Origin: Chiloscyllium plagiosum
Taxonomy: Eukaryota
NCBI RefSeq assembly: GCF_004010195.1
Contig: NC_057711.1
Location: 74,462,933 to 74,526,932, forward strand
Direction of reading: 5' to 3'
DNA: 64,000 nt
In this document: positions 38,190 through 49,973 of the stretch, piece after piece
Layout of the letters: each line of letters opens with the position of its first letter
How positions within the stretch are numbered: position 1 is the first letter of the stretch
Notes under the pieces: generated by a model
Databases searched by the model: none
What the model was told of the DNA's origin: nothing
Seen by the model: the letters and a program-made list of their open reading frames with translations, nothing else
Position numbers and translations under genes: made by a program

Positions 38190-38355
38190 TCCAGAAGAAC
38201 CTGTGGATAATTTCATTAATGACCTCTAAAGGTTTGTTGAACCTGGGAATATGGAGTCTTGCAATCAGAATTCATGGAAAATAGGACTGTTATCAGAATT
38301 ATTGATCAGTCTTTATTAGAACTGTTACAGTTCATGGAAGATTTAATGTTGAATA
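38190..38355 (+). pseudogene. Ty3/Gypsy gag remnant
   Basis: EEPVDNFINDL*RFVEP / EYGVLQSEFMENRTVIRIIDQSLLELLQFMEDLML resembles the gag motif ExVDxFIxDLxxLAxxCEYGxL..IRDRIVVGI..LQ..DLTL. Confidence 0.6.
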
Positions 38356-38924
38356 ATTTTCCTCTTTTCTTGTTGAATAAATTCTTCCAAGTGATTGTTA
38401 AAATAATTAAATTGTACAACAATTGTAGTTAATATTTAATTTAATTGCTCATTGACATTATGGGGTACACAATTTGGAAAAAAAGAAATGCTGGTTATCT
38501 ATTTAATACTTTAACTATTTGAACATGAAGAGACCCATAATATTCAATCCATATTTTTCAATATTTCTATTCACTTACCAAAGTTTGTCAGACATATCCT
38601 TGCTTTGTCACCATAACTTTGCTGAAAGTACAGCAGACACTCAGTTTAAGTTTGTAATTGTATTTTTCACAGTGTTCTGACAAAAAAGTTATAGTAAAAG
38701 GGTTTGAAGAGATTTTGAGGAAATTTCCAGGCCAAATTAACACACAGATTGTGCATGATGTTTTGAAGCTAAATAAAAAAAATTGTTTTGCAGTCTTTTA
38801 ATGGAACTCTAGACTTGTTTTTGAGTGAGGAAATCAATGAACAATTTGACTTGATGATATCTCTTTTTCCTTTGCAACCCAACCCAACATAAATGCATTA
38901 TCCAAACATGCACATATCTGTTCA

Positions 38925-39210
38925 ATATTGAGGGGATGCTAAATGTCAATTGTTCTTTCCAATGATGGCTATGCTTGTGTCCCATTTTCCTGTTCAGGTC
39001 TACATAAAAAGTTCCACATGACTTTCTAGAGATAAAGAAGAAGAAAATCTCCTGGGAACTTGGCCAATGTTCAACCTGAAACCTGATTGCCCATCCTGTT
39101 GTTGCTGCCTATCAGCCTTACTGTGAGCAAGTTTGGTAAATGCAGAGTAATCCTTTCACTATGAAGCATTATGAGGAGTCATGTGGATGAAAGAGTTACA
39201 TAAATACAAC
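38925..39210 (+). mobile_element. Highly decayed DeuSINE-like element
   Basis: Weak collinearity with the reverse of 39940-40205 (ttcaggtctacataaaaagttccacatgac..ctcctgggaacttggccaat). Confidence 0.45.
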
Positions 39211-39939
39211 ACATATGAGATCCAAAGAGACTTAACAATATGGATATTGAGGAAGAATTTAGAATTTGAACTCATTGTTTAAAAATAAGGTGTCATCCAT
39301 TTAAATCATAGATAAGGAGAACATTTTTCTCACCTAGAATGGTGAGGCTTTGGAACTCTCATCCTCACGTGGTGGCAGTAAAGTCTTTAAAATATTCTTA
39401 AGACAGAAGTGGATCAATTCTTGATAAGGAAGGAAATCAAAATTTATCAGGGGAAAGTGTGAATCAATCACATTATCCTTAAGCTCACGAAATGACAGAG
39501 CCCAAAAGGGAAAAAAGACAGTAAAATTTCTGGCTAACATTAACTGGTCTGACTCATCTTGTATAATTCAAAATGGAGTCCCAGTATGCAAAGTCAATTT
39601 ATTTCTAAGTATCGTTTGTTTATTTTTCCTGGCTTTACGGCAAAACATTTGCGAGCAATGACATTCACCTATCTAGCTCTTCTAATGTAGCATGACAGAG
39701 TCACAAATAAAGATTTACAGGTTGTTCTTGAGTTTGTGGATATATAAAGCAGTATGTAGTAGCTTAAAGAGGAACCTTCAAAGGTCATGGTAAGTAAGGA
39801 TTACTGCTACTATTAAAACAACACTGATCAGAAAATCCAGTTGGATAATGCATGCATTTGTGGGATTTGAAAGAATAAAGTAAAACCTTTCATTACTAAA
39901 GCACACTACACACAATAAACCATTTATTAAACATCGTTA

Positions 39940-40205
39940 CTGTTGTAACAAAGGAAGTACAGCATCCAATTCACACTCAGCAAGCTCCCACAACTGTAAT
40001 GTGATAACAATTAGGTATTCTGTTTTTGTGCCAGCAATTGAGGGATAATCATTATCCAGGACACATAACTCTCATGTGCTTTCTCAACATCATTCCATGA
40101 AGCCTTTTTTGTCCACCAAGCAGGTTGATAGGACCATTGTTAATATATTATCCAAAACGTTGCACCTTTAACAATCAGTCAATATTGCATTGGAGTGTCA
40201 ATCTA
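39940..40205 (-). mobile_element. DeuSINE-like (SacSINE1/AmnSINE1-related) element
   Basis: Reverse reads ggtggacaaaaaaggcttcatggaat..gtgtcctggataatgattatccctcaa..ttatcacattacagttgtgggagcttgctg, matching the recalled Deu-domain and tail. Confidence 0.7.
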
Positions 40206-40905
40206 TGATATAGATATTGCCTTCAGCAGGGTATTTTACCTGATGCAGCAATACTTATGCTGCTCCTTGTAATAGAAGATACTAGGTGTGGATAACATGG
40301 TATTGAAGAATCCTGCAGATGTTTATTACAGCTAGCTATTATGTACAAACATTTGCATTCACAGATATATTATCATCTGGGTTACAGTTAAGCTGTTATA
40401 TTAGAACAGAACAGCATTGAGCAGCATGCTTCCAATCACACATCATACCTTCATAAACTAAGTTAAGATGGAGTGTGCTATCTTTATATCCTAAAGTTAC
40501 AAACCACAATGCAGTGATGTAATAAATAAGTATGGCTCATGTAGATAGACTGGAACATTGATGATGAGACATGGTACCCCATTTCTTATCTTGTTTTGGA
40601 ATTTTTACTGTGCCTCTGCAGATAATTCATTTGAGTTCTGAAGTGGGAAGCCTGTATACTTCCTGAAGAAGCATGTACACTTTGAAACATCATATCCTGT
40701 ATTTTCTGTTTACAGGTTGCCTGCTGAATTATTTTTGCATTTTCTGTTGAAAGGATTTATGGTGTATTTCAAATTTCTTACTGTTTTTCACTGATTCATA
40801 ACTTCTGTAGTGCCAATACAGTAATCAATTATAATGAAACTACTTTAAAATAATTTTTAAAAACCCTCATTCCTTCTATTTTTATAAGCATTTAAAGTTC
40901 AAATC

Positions 40906-41092
40906 TATAGTAGAATAGAATAGAATCCCTTCACTGTGGAAGGAGGTCATTCACCCCAACCCTTTGATCAGCATCCCACCCAGTCCTACACCCCCTACCC
41001 TATCCCTGCAGCCCTATACTTCCCATGGCTAATCTGCATAGCCTTCACATCACTAGACACAATGGGCAATTTAGCACAGCCATTCCACCTAA
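40906..41092 (-). mobile_element. 5'-truncated HE1-type SINE
   Basis: (tagaa)n tail, atgggcaatttagcacagccattccaccta. Confidence 0.8.
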
Positions 41093-43188
41093 AACCTTCA
41101 ATAAACCTGTTGCTGTAAAATTTCTTCATTAAGCTACCTGCATAAAATACTGCTTCACAAAAGTGACAGGATGTGGCTTGGATGACAGGGGAATGAGCTG
41201 TCACAAACTCTGAAATAAAAACTTCAGACTTATTGTATAAACAGAGTATTCAGCAGGCAACTAAGCCTATACAATACACTTAAGGCTTTATAATATTTGA
41301 ATTTATCTCACCGTACCATTGATCTGCTGTTCTCTACCTTTAAAAAAAATCATTTAAATGGAGATATTATAAATATATGTCTTCATTAAAACCTTCAGGG
41401 AGTGATACCAATTTCACCTTCTGAAGGTGATCAGGTTAATCAGTAATATATTCCTTGATAAGCTTCCATTTATCTTTGGTGTTACAAAAAAGAAGTGGAG
41501 AATAAACAATCATGTTTGCATTGAACAGGAAATTCAATATTAAGACATGTAAACTTATGCTTTCAAAATGAAGATACAACTAGCAAGTAATCACTGTTGC
41601 GGTCAGTCTTTGGAATGGAAACAAATACGGAAGTATACTGTGGCCGAGTCTGTTTCTTTTTATGGAACACAGGTTTGTTTACAGTTTTTGCACTATATGA
41701 ATTGTGTCTGTCTGAAATGCAATGCACTAAATTGGTGTAAATTTGTAAATTCAGCATAATTATAATATGGCTGATAGCCATTAAATATTACTAAGAAGCG
41801 CATGAAATTATGCAATTCGAAACAGACTATTTAGTCTTTCTTATTCATGCTTAAGGTTGCTAACCTTTCACCAAAACTGGGTAAAGTTAAAAAGTCGCCA
41901 ATTTTAAGCAATATGTGTGGTGAAATGAGGCCGAGGGATAGTCTGTGACAGGGTGAAAAATAGGAGAGACTGAATAATGAATGAATAAGTCTGACCGAGC
42001 CAAAAAGGATGATAATGAGGCAAGAATGACAAAAAAAGGACTCAATTTTGCTGTGGTAGGCATGGGGGGCAGGTGTACTATTCACCAAGCTCCATACCAT
42101 CAGTCCCCAAACATCCCCCTCCCTCTTCTCCATGCCCTATGGAGGGGAGCACACCTGATTTTCCAGCCAGCCCATAAAGTGTGAACAGTGAAAGCAGGTT
42201 CCACAGAATCCTTTGTCCCTACTTTTAAGAGCTTCTCAACATAATAATGATGTTTTACAGACCACATGGTTTAGCTTCCTTGGTTTCAACAACAGTTCCT
42301 GCAGCCCCAGAAAGCAGAATGAAGGTAGAATAAAGGCAAACGTCCTGGACACCTCTGGAGTGTCCTGAGATGACTCATCATGGGAGTTTTTCTATGGTTT
42401 GTCCTCTGGTTGGATGCTTGCTGACACTGTCCTGTTCCCTTGTGTGGAAGGGGCACCTGGAATAAGATTGATATCCTTTCCCCACTTGCCCCTTGGAGTG
42501 AAATTATTGTCTCTTGCCTCCCACCTCCCCCCCAAAAAATACAACCCATCCTTGTTGGGGCTGAGCACCAAAGGCTATCGTAATGAAATGTAGGTCTGCA
42601 TGCTTCTCTGGCAGCCAATGAGCATTCTGCTATATCTAGCTCCCTGTAGCTGCTGCCAAGATGCCATGAAGGCAGTCAGTTAGAACCAGGGTAGTATAGA
42701 TTAAAACCTTCAATATAGTTTCCCAAGTATCTCACTAGCTTGTTGGTTGCTCCAGTATCTGTTTGAGCACTTGCATGCCTATTAATGGGCTGCACCATTG
42801 TGACCTCTCCTGCCTGGTGCAAGTAGGTGCATGTTCTCTGGCAACCCTTTGATTACAAGAAACATGGGCATTTCTTCATTGATGAGCAATAGAGATACAC
42901 CAGTGATATGTCCACCAGAATGTGCTCCCAAATCTAATATCTATGGTGGACCAACAAGGTGACAGTATCTGAGGGTGGAGGTTGCAAGAGACAGCCATTC
43001 CACAGTTTCCCGTAAAGCATCTGCAACTTCTTCCTCAGAGGTAAAGGAGGAGGTGGGACCAGAGAGGCTGGTCTCTCCTGAGAAGACATTGCTTGAATAT
43101 CGTTGGTGCCTGTGGAAGACAAGAGAGGGGATGAGTCAGAAGCTTGGGAATGTTAAGAATATGTTCACAGTGGTGCTACTCAGAAAGT

Positions 43189-43330
43189 CTTTGAGGAGAA
43201 AGTGAGGACTGCAGATGCTGGAGATCAGAGCTGAAAATGTGTTGCTGGAAAAGCGCAGCAGGTCAGGCAGCATCCATGGAACAGGAGAATCGACATTTCG
43301 TGCATAAGCCCTTCTTCAGGAAGTGCCTTA
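43189..43330 (-). mobile_element. Short Penelope-type family A insertion with hammerhead core
   Basis: 16-bp TSD gtgctactcagaaagt (43173-43188, 43331-43346); minus strand CTGAAGA-a-gggc.ttat.gcac-GAAA-TGTC at 43292-43319. Confidence 0.88.
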
Positions 43331-43523
43331 GTGCTACTCAGAAAGTGCCTTACAGTGAGTCTTACTTGGTTGCTGGAACAGTCCTTTGCTGCGCGCTCAA
43401 GGATCCTCTTTGGCACTTAGAGCACAGAAGTTCATTCATTCTACAACACTGGGCATTCCTCTGGTCTATGGATACTACGCTAACCTAGGTGGCAACGTTT
43501 GACCAGACTATCGGGTGCCATTG

Positions 43524-43855
43524 GATAAAAGCAAATTACTGCAGATGCTGGAATCTGAAACCAAAAGAGAAAATGCTGGAAAATCTCAGCAGGTGTGGCA
43601 GCATCTGTAAGGAGAGAAAAGAGCTGACGTTTCAAGTCTAACTGGCCCTTTGTCAAAGCTAAAAAAAAGGGAGAAATAGGGAGGTATTTATACTAGCCAT
43701 GACTCACCTTCTCTCAGCCTAGTATAAATACCTCTCTATTTCTCCATTTTTTTTGGCTTTGACAAAGGGTCAGTTAGATTCAAAACGTCAGCTCTTTTCT
43801 CTCCTTACAGATGCTGCCAGACCTGCTGGGATTTTCCAGCATTTTCTCTTTTGGC
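43524..43855. mobile_element. Palindromic Penelope-type family C element with two variant hammerhead cores
   Basis: Arms 43561-43696 and 43719-43854 are reverse complements with few mismatches, 22-nt loop; TSD atc(g/a)ggtgccattg (43510-43523, 43856-43869). Confidence 0.88.
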
Positions 43856-43994
43856 ATCAGGTGCCATTGTCTGCCCTGGCAGTCCTGGGGAAAGAAGACA
43901 GCTTTCTTTATCAACACATGATCCATCAGGATGTCCAAGACCCATTTGAAAACTTGGGTTCTAATTTGCCTCCAAAGGCTATCTTCTTAGAAAT

Positions 43995-44232
43995 TAGAAG
44001 TAAGACCAGAGATGGATGGCAAATTTCCTTCATAAAAGATAATTATTGAAACAGTTGGACTTTTATGACAATTGATGATAGTGATGGTGTCTATAATACT
44101 GAGACGAAGTTTGCAATATCAGGTATTAATTTTCTAGCTGCCATAGTAGACTTTTGAGCTCATATTCCCACACAGATCTTGGCCTCTGGATTATCAATCC
44201 AGTGCCATTACTGCTACATCACTGTCTCACCA
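43995..44232 (-). mobile_element. Decayed SINE family 2
   Basis: Reverse homology to 36345-36560 (gatggcaaatttccttc; ggcctctggattatcaatccagtgccattac). Confidence 0.6.
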
Positions 44233-45076
44233 AATCTATTGTCACCTCATACAGAACTGGTCTGAGGATTTCATACTTATCTAAGTTATACCGTTGACCT
44301 GAAAACATAATTCCCAATCTTTGATTTTAAAAAAATCCCAGATATACGTGAATGGAGAGAAGAAACAGATCTCTTAACTGGAAATGCTGAGATTATTCTT
44401 TAATTGGTAAAACATTGGATGCAGACACTCAATAGGATTGGGTCCAAGAATTAGTCACAATGAATCATTTGGGCATTGCTTTGCTATAGCTTGGGGCAAA
44501 CTTCAATTTTTTAATTGGACTCAAAGTTGAAGATAGAAAGTCAATAAGCTCTGGTACCCTGTAATAGAAGTGACCCTGAGAATGTGCATAAAACAATCAG
44601 AGGATTGGACAAACACAGAGTTTCATATTACTTTGGTTTATTGTGTCAATTCCAGATCTAGATTGAAGTTATGATTCCCAAGATACTTTTAAAAGTACTT
44701 TGCCTTGATTTGTTCAGAGGGTCTTGCAAAACCTGAAGTTTTTCTTTGGGTAGCTGCTTGCATAGTTTATAAAATAGCGGGGTAATATTATGAAATAAAT
44801 AGTATGTTTTGTCACTTCACCGAATAAAGGGATGCAACCATAATAATTGCATTTTTATAATTTACTTATTTTTTGTAACGTTAAGTATGTAAAAAGCTTA
44901 TATCAATGCTTTTTCTGATATTCTTTGATATAGTATTCTGTCAATCAATGTAGTGCAAATACTTAAGAATATTTAATAGCTGTTAAATCAGAGATTATGC
45001 TTTAAATGCATAATGTGTCTTGCAGAAATAGGGCAAACTCACTTAAATGATTTTTCTTTTTATTTCTCCTTACAAG

Positions 45077-45124
45077 GTCGTTAATTGTGATAGGGATTTT
45101 GATAAGCCCCTTATTGCTGATGGG
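45077..45124 (+). CDS. Candidate 48-nt internal exon of an unidentified host gene
   Basis: Long polypyrimidine tract ttttctttttatttctccttacaag, donor ggg|gtgaga; two frames open (VVNCDRDFDKPLIADG or xSLIVIGILISPLLLMx); TE-poor context; no homology recognised. Confidence 0.25.
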
Positions 45125-45908
45125 GTGAGAACTCCATTGTTAAATGTATTATGGCAGAGCTGTCTGTGGAGATTGCCTGGTTGATTGCTTTGTACAGGCC
45201 CAGTGGCACACAGCAATTAAAATCTATAGACCCTATAACCCTGCTGATGTTTTATGGTCCTTTTTCAATGTCCTTCAATACGATTCTGTGTTAAAGCCTT
45301 CAATCAGACTGGCTCCCAGAAATATGAAGTATCTTCTAGAGAGCTTGATATGCAAACTGAGAAAGGTTAATGACTTTTCATGAAGAACATATGTTTCTAG
45401 TAGTTGATGACTATAATAATTGAACAGTTATGCATCACTTACTGACTCACACCTCTGTGGCTGTACAATTGACCTATAACAGATGAAAAGTTTAAACTCT
45501 TGATATGTTTTTAATGTGTTATCACCCTCTGTTTCATCTGAGCACCTTTAAGGGCCCGATCTCATTTCATTTTACCAACTGCTTTCTATACCCACTTCCA
45601 GCTGTACCCGAAGCAGATCTATTAACATTTAGCAGAAAAAAAAATCACCAGTAGCATTGCTATGTTGTACAATGGTAAAGAAATGGAGAAAATATAAAAT
45701 TCTTAGATTTCACATCAGTGGGAAGATTGTTACTATCATAAATAAAACTTGTCTTATTCATTTCGGTGCAAAATAAAACTAACCATATTTTTTGACAAAT
45801 CAGTTTTTACTGCCTTTTTCAACATCTGAAAGCAAAGCTTCTCCACTCATTCTGATGCTAGAAATAGACATAATTTAAAATTTGTGTGAACAGTTTTAGT
45901 GGATAAGA

Positions 45909-46093
45909 ACCATGATGTGGAGATGATGGATTAGGGTGGACAAAGTGAGAAGTCACGCGACACCAGGTTATAGACCAAAAGGATTATTTGAAATCACAAG
46001 CTTTCGGAGTATTGCTCCTTCATCAGGTAAAGTGTCTAGTGATTTCAAATAAACCTGTTAGGACTGTAACCTGGTGTTGTGTAACTTCTGACA
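45909..46093 (-). mobile_element. Fold-back Penelope-type family B element
   Basis: ~45948-46000 is an inverted repeat of ~46036-46089; degenerate TSD ta(g/a)t(g/a)gataaga (45897-45908, 46094-46105). Confidence 0.8.
45994..46030 (-). ncRNA. Minimal type I hammerhead ribozyme motif, catalytic core intact
   Basis: UUAC-CUGAUGA-A-GGAG.CAAUA.CUCC-GAAA-GCUU-GUGA: 4-bp stem I (one GU), 4-bp stem II, palindromic AAGCUU in place of stem III. Confidence 0.72.
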
Positions 46094-46173
46094 TAATAGA
46101 TAAGAGTAATTGGTGATATTCATTTAACAAAATATTAGATATTTCTTTGTTTATAGCTCTTTATATATGGGAT

Positions 46174-46484
46174 GAGATTTAGATTAGATTCCCTACAGTG
46201 TGGAAACAGGCCCTTCAGCCCAACAAGTCCACACTGACCTTCTGAAGAGGAACCCACCCAGACCCATTCCCCCCTGACTAATGCACCTACACCATAGGCA
46301 ATTTAGCATGGCCAAATCTACATCTTTGGACTGTGGGAGGAAACTGGAGCACCTGGAGGTAATCCACACAGACACGGGGAGAATGTGCAAATTCCACACA
46401 GACAGTTACCCAAAGTAGGAATTGAACCCAGGTCCCTGACACTGTGAGGCAGCAGTGCTAACCACTGAGTCACCGTGCCACCCC
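46174..46484 (-). mobile_element. HE1-type SINE
   Basis: Full head, V-domain and tail. Confidence 0.92.
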
Positions 46485-46828
46485 AATTTAATTTCCAAAC
46501 CTAAATAGTTTGTTTACCTAGAGATCGAGGCTACATTCATTCTTGGTTGATGTGATGAGTGCCACACTTATTACATTGTTTTTGTTATAGACTCCAGTAA
46601 TTTCTTGTTTAATGTTCTGTCTAATAGTACAGCTACTGGTGAAGGGCCTAAAGAAAACTTATCTGCTTGTGAATCTTGTTATTTCTAGTTTCCACCCACA
46701 CTGTCATGACTGCAGCTCATAACCCCAGATAACCCATGACCATATTATAATTTAATTACACTTTGTGTTTATAAAAGAGTACTGATATAAACAAAATAAC
46801 TGCAGATGTAAATTCAGTGGTTGGCTGG

Positions 46829-46895
46829 AGAGGAAGAGAGAGAGATGGAGACAGAGACAGAGAGACAGAGACGTAGACAGAGAGAAAGAGAGAAA
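46829..46895. repeat. (GA)n/(GAGACA)n purine-rich simple repeat
   Basis: agagagagagatggagacagagacagagagacagagac... Confidence 0.85.
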
Positions 46896-47097
46896 CCCTA
46901 GAACATCACACCAGATGAGCATCAAGGAAGTTCAAAGAGGTGGAGTTAAAAGGAAGAAATGCATTGCAAAAGTGAATTGTAATCTCCAGGGAAATGTCTC
47001 AGACTGGGATAATGAAGTTATAAAAGCCAGAAGCATAGGAAAGAGATTTGTTTTGAACAGCTAAAAATATACATGTTACATTGTCTAGCAAAACGTT

Positions 47098-47589
47098 GGG
47101 CACAATTTTCCCATCCTGTGGGGTTATGGGAGAGCTGGTGAGAAAGAGAAATAATTGAGCAAGTTGGCACTGGAGCAAATTTGCCTCTTTTTTTAGACCC
47201 TGTAGTTTTTAGCTGGGAAACTACATTGGGGTTTCTCTTGTATCAGAATCAATTGAGCCCTTTGGTGTCAATTAATAATGAATTAAGAGTGCCAGCTCAC
47301 CACATTCCTGATTACTTGGCTTCCTGACAGGAGAGAAAAGTATCTATTTTCCCAACTAGAATTCTCATTATTGGCTCAACCAAGAAGTTAGCCTTGACCA
47401 TTGGTCCTTAGGATCCAGAATCTGTGACCAATCAAAGACTGACAGCTTCTGGTAACCCAGGAAACCAGAGTTGAGGCCTGCGATATGTCCAGAAACTTGC
47501 CTGTGCTCTGCCCTCAGCTCGTAATAAGAATTCCTTTGATAGTGTCACCACCCAACACCTTCACTTAAAAAAATCTGAAAATTGTGCTT
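47098..47589. mobile_element. MITE-like element, possibly Harbinger-derived
   Basis: Terminal inverted repeats gggcacaattttc (47098-47110) / gaaaattgtgctt (47577-47589), 11/13 match; no coding capacity; TSD not resolved. Confidence 0.5.
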
Positions 47590-48659
47590 GTTCTGTGGCA
47601 AAAAAGTTATTTCTCATGCACTTTGTACTGAACTAAAACTTAACACACTATTGCTTCAATGAAAATAAACTTTCACTATTTACCCAAGCTCTTTCAAAAT
47701 CTTGAATGCATTCATTAATTCTCCTGCTGTTATGGTGAATACAGTTTGTTCTTATTTTAATTATGTTTTTTCATCCTATTATCTAGTGAATCTATGATGC
47801 AGGTTATCCATGACTCAAACATCCTTTCAATAATTAATTGCTGAGAATTAAACATAATAGTCTATTGTAGCTTAACCAATGTTAAGATCAATACTCAGAT
47901 TAATATCCAGCTTGTTTGTTTTATTCAGTGTTCTTACATATAAACCTCAGAATCACTTTTCTCCTTTGTATTGTTCAGTCATCTGTAAGCTTGCTTTTAA
48001 AAGCCTAAATGCCTGTTCATAAATTTCCAATCCATTGAGAGGTTTAACTTCTTGGTTATTTTGGAAAGTTGGGAATTATGTAGATTGACCACCATGAGCA
48101 ACTCTCCAATTGAGTAATGTTTTTGAAAAGCAGAAGTTTGTAAAATCTTTCAGTATGATATGTATTGGCAGTCTTTCATAGAATTTTGGACAGAATTTAG
48201 TAGACCCTACTGATGTAATCTCAAAGGAGCACAAGGGAGTCCCACTGGCTGGAAAGCTTTCCCGGGTTAATTGAAAGACATGAAGGACCTGATACAGAAA
48301 CCTGCCCACAATTGACAGGAAACTAATTGAAATAGTTCAAGGCTCACTTTAAAATGAGTAGGATTCTAATATTGCAGTGCAAATACAGGCAATCAGAACA
48401 GGCATCGTAGTCATTCTACATCATTAACACAAAGAGTCCAGTATTTCAGGGCTACCAAGATGCAGAAATCTGACATTGATTACAATCTATGAGACTGAAC
48501 AGATACCTGAAGATGATAAGATTAGAAGAAAAAGCTGTTAATTTGGTTCTTGACCTTCATTTGCTATACCCAGGTCATTTTGATTTGATAAGCAGTTTGA
48601 AGGGAGGTGTAGTCTTCTATTTGTGAGAATGTGATCTTTAAACCAATATCTCAATTTAA

Positions 48660-49020
48660 CAGCAAAGTGGATCAGTGGTTAACACTGCTGCCTCACAGTG
48701 CCAAGGACGTGGGTTTCATTCCAATCTCAGGCAACTGGCTGTGTGGAGGTTGAACATTCTCCCCATGTTTGTGTGGAATTCCTCCCAGTTCTCCAAGATT
48801 TGCAAGTTACTTGGATTGGCCTTGCTAAATTGCCTATACCATCCAAGGATGTGCAGCCTATGTAGGTTAGTCACGGGAAATGTAGGGTTACAGGGATAGG
48901 GTAAGGGGTTGGGTCTGCGTGGCATGCTGTTTGGAGGATTGGGGTGGACTCGATGGGCTGAATAGCCTGTTTCCACAATGTGTGGATTCAATGAATCCAT
49001 GAATCCATGAACTCTATGAA
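48660..49020 (+). mobile_element. HE1-type SINE (older)
   Basis: cagtggttaacactgctgcctcacag head; (atgaatcc)n tail. Confidence 0.88.
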
Positions 49021-49744
49021 TTCTCAACTGCAATGTAATATCCATATCAAGGATAAGATTAAAGTGGAATTGGCTCTGATGGAACAATATGGGATCATCA
49101 TTTGTAAAGTTCAGGAAGAGATCAATTGTCAAAAAAGGCAGATCAGTTGGAACTTGCTTAGTTTACATACCAATCATCATGTATGTGCTTCAATGTGTGA
49201 AAGTCAAAAGGGGCAAAGTGGAAGTAGAGTCAGCCGGGGGTACCACTTCAGTCAGACAAGGAACTTGCCTTTACATTACATGGGGTTAGCCACAGGCAGG
49301 CAGGCACGTGGTTCTACTACAGTTTGGGTATCCATATATTTGCATTCAGGGATTGGACAACAGTCAGTCTTGCTGGTCCTATGTAAGCAGTTTAGGCATC
49401 AGTCATGTCAGTCAGCGTGCTGTGGAGACAATAGTCTGAGGTTGGGCCAATATTTCCTGCAATGAGGCAAAGGGTGGGAATGAGTCTGGTCAAAATGGTT
49501 GGAAGAGCAGTTAGAGATGATACAGAAGCATGAAAGGCAGTGAGGTTTCCTCAGTGAGAGAATAGTAGCTACAGATAACAGAAAGGATTAATAGTTTGGG
49601 AGAATGAGGTGGGTGAGAGCCTTTGAGTGGATTTATGCAATTGTGAGAGTTGTCCATGAACTTTAGTATGAGGTGTGTAACAGAGGCAGAGGTAGAGTCA
49701 TTGCTGGCACTCTGAGTATGAGGTAGCAGAGAGAAAATGGCAGT

Positions 49745-49973
49745 ACTTAGCCTGCAGAGCACAGCAAATCATTGGCATTCTTCCTGCACTACTCAGCATC
49801 CAGCTTCACCCTGAATACAGCACTAACCCGGGCTGCAAGCTATGTTTGGCGGCATGGCCTTCTGTGGTAGTCAGGTTAATAAGGAACTGCCCTCTTCTCT
49901 GCCATTCATCCACCAACAGTTTCAAGTCCTTGATGGTGATGTGGGTTCTAACCTTTCTTTTCCCCTGGGCCAT
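49745..49973 (-). pseudogene. Harbinger accessory Myb/SANT-like DNA-binding gene, first-exon fossil
   Basis: MAQGKRKVRTHITIKDLKLLVDE / KRAVPY*PDYHRRPCRQT*LAARVSAVFRVKLDAE*CRKNANDLLCSA followed by donor-like gctaagt; fits the Myb/SANT pattern F..DL..L...VS....R...QCRK..NDL. Confidence 0.65.

Noticed and set aside
43350..43940. Host sequence may be a Tx1/L1 ORF2 3' remnant (minus: IVWSNVA, SAKEDP*ARS)
   Set aside because: Similarity too weak to support without a profile search
49007..49465. 152-aa ORF as a host gene
   Set aside because: Starts in an HE1 tail microsatellite and runs through probable decayed Harbinger sequence
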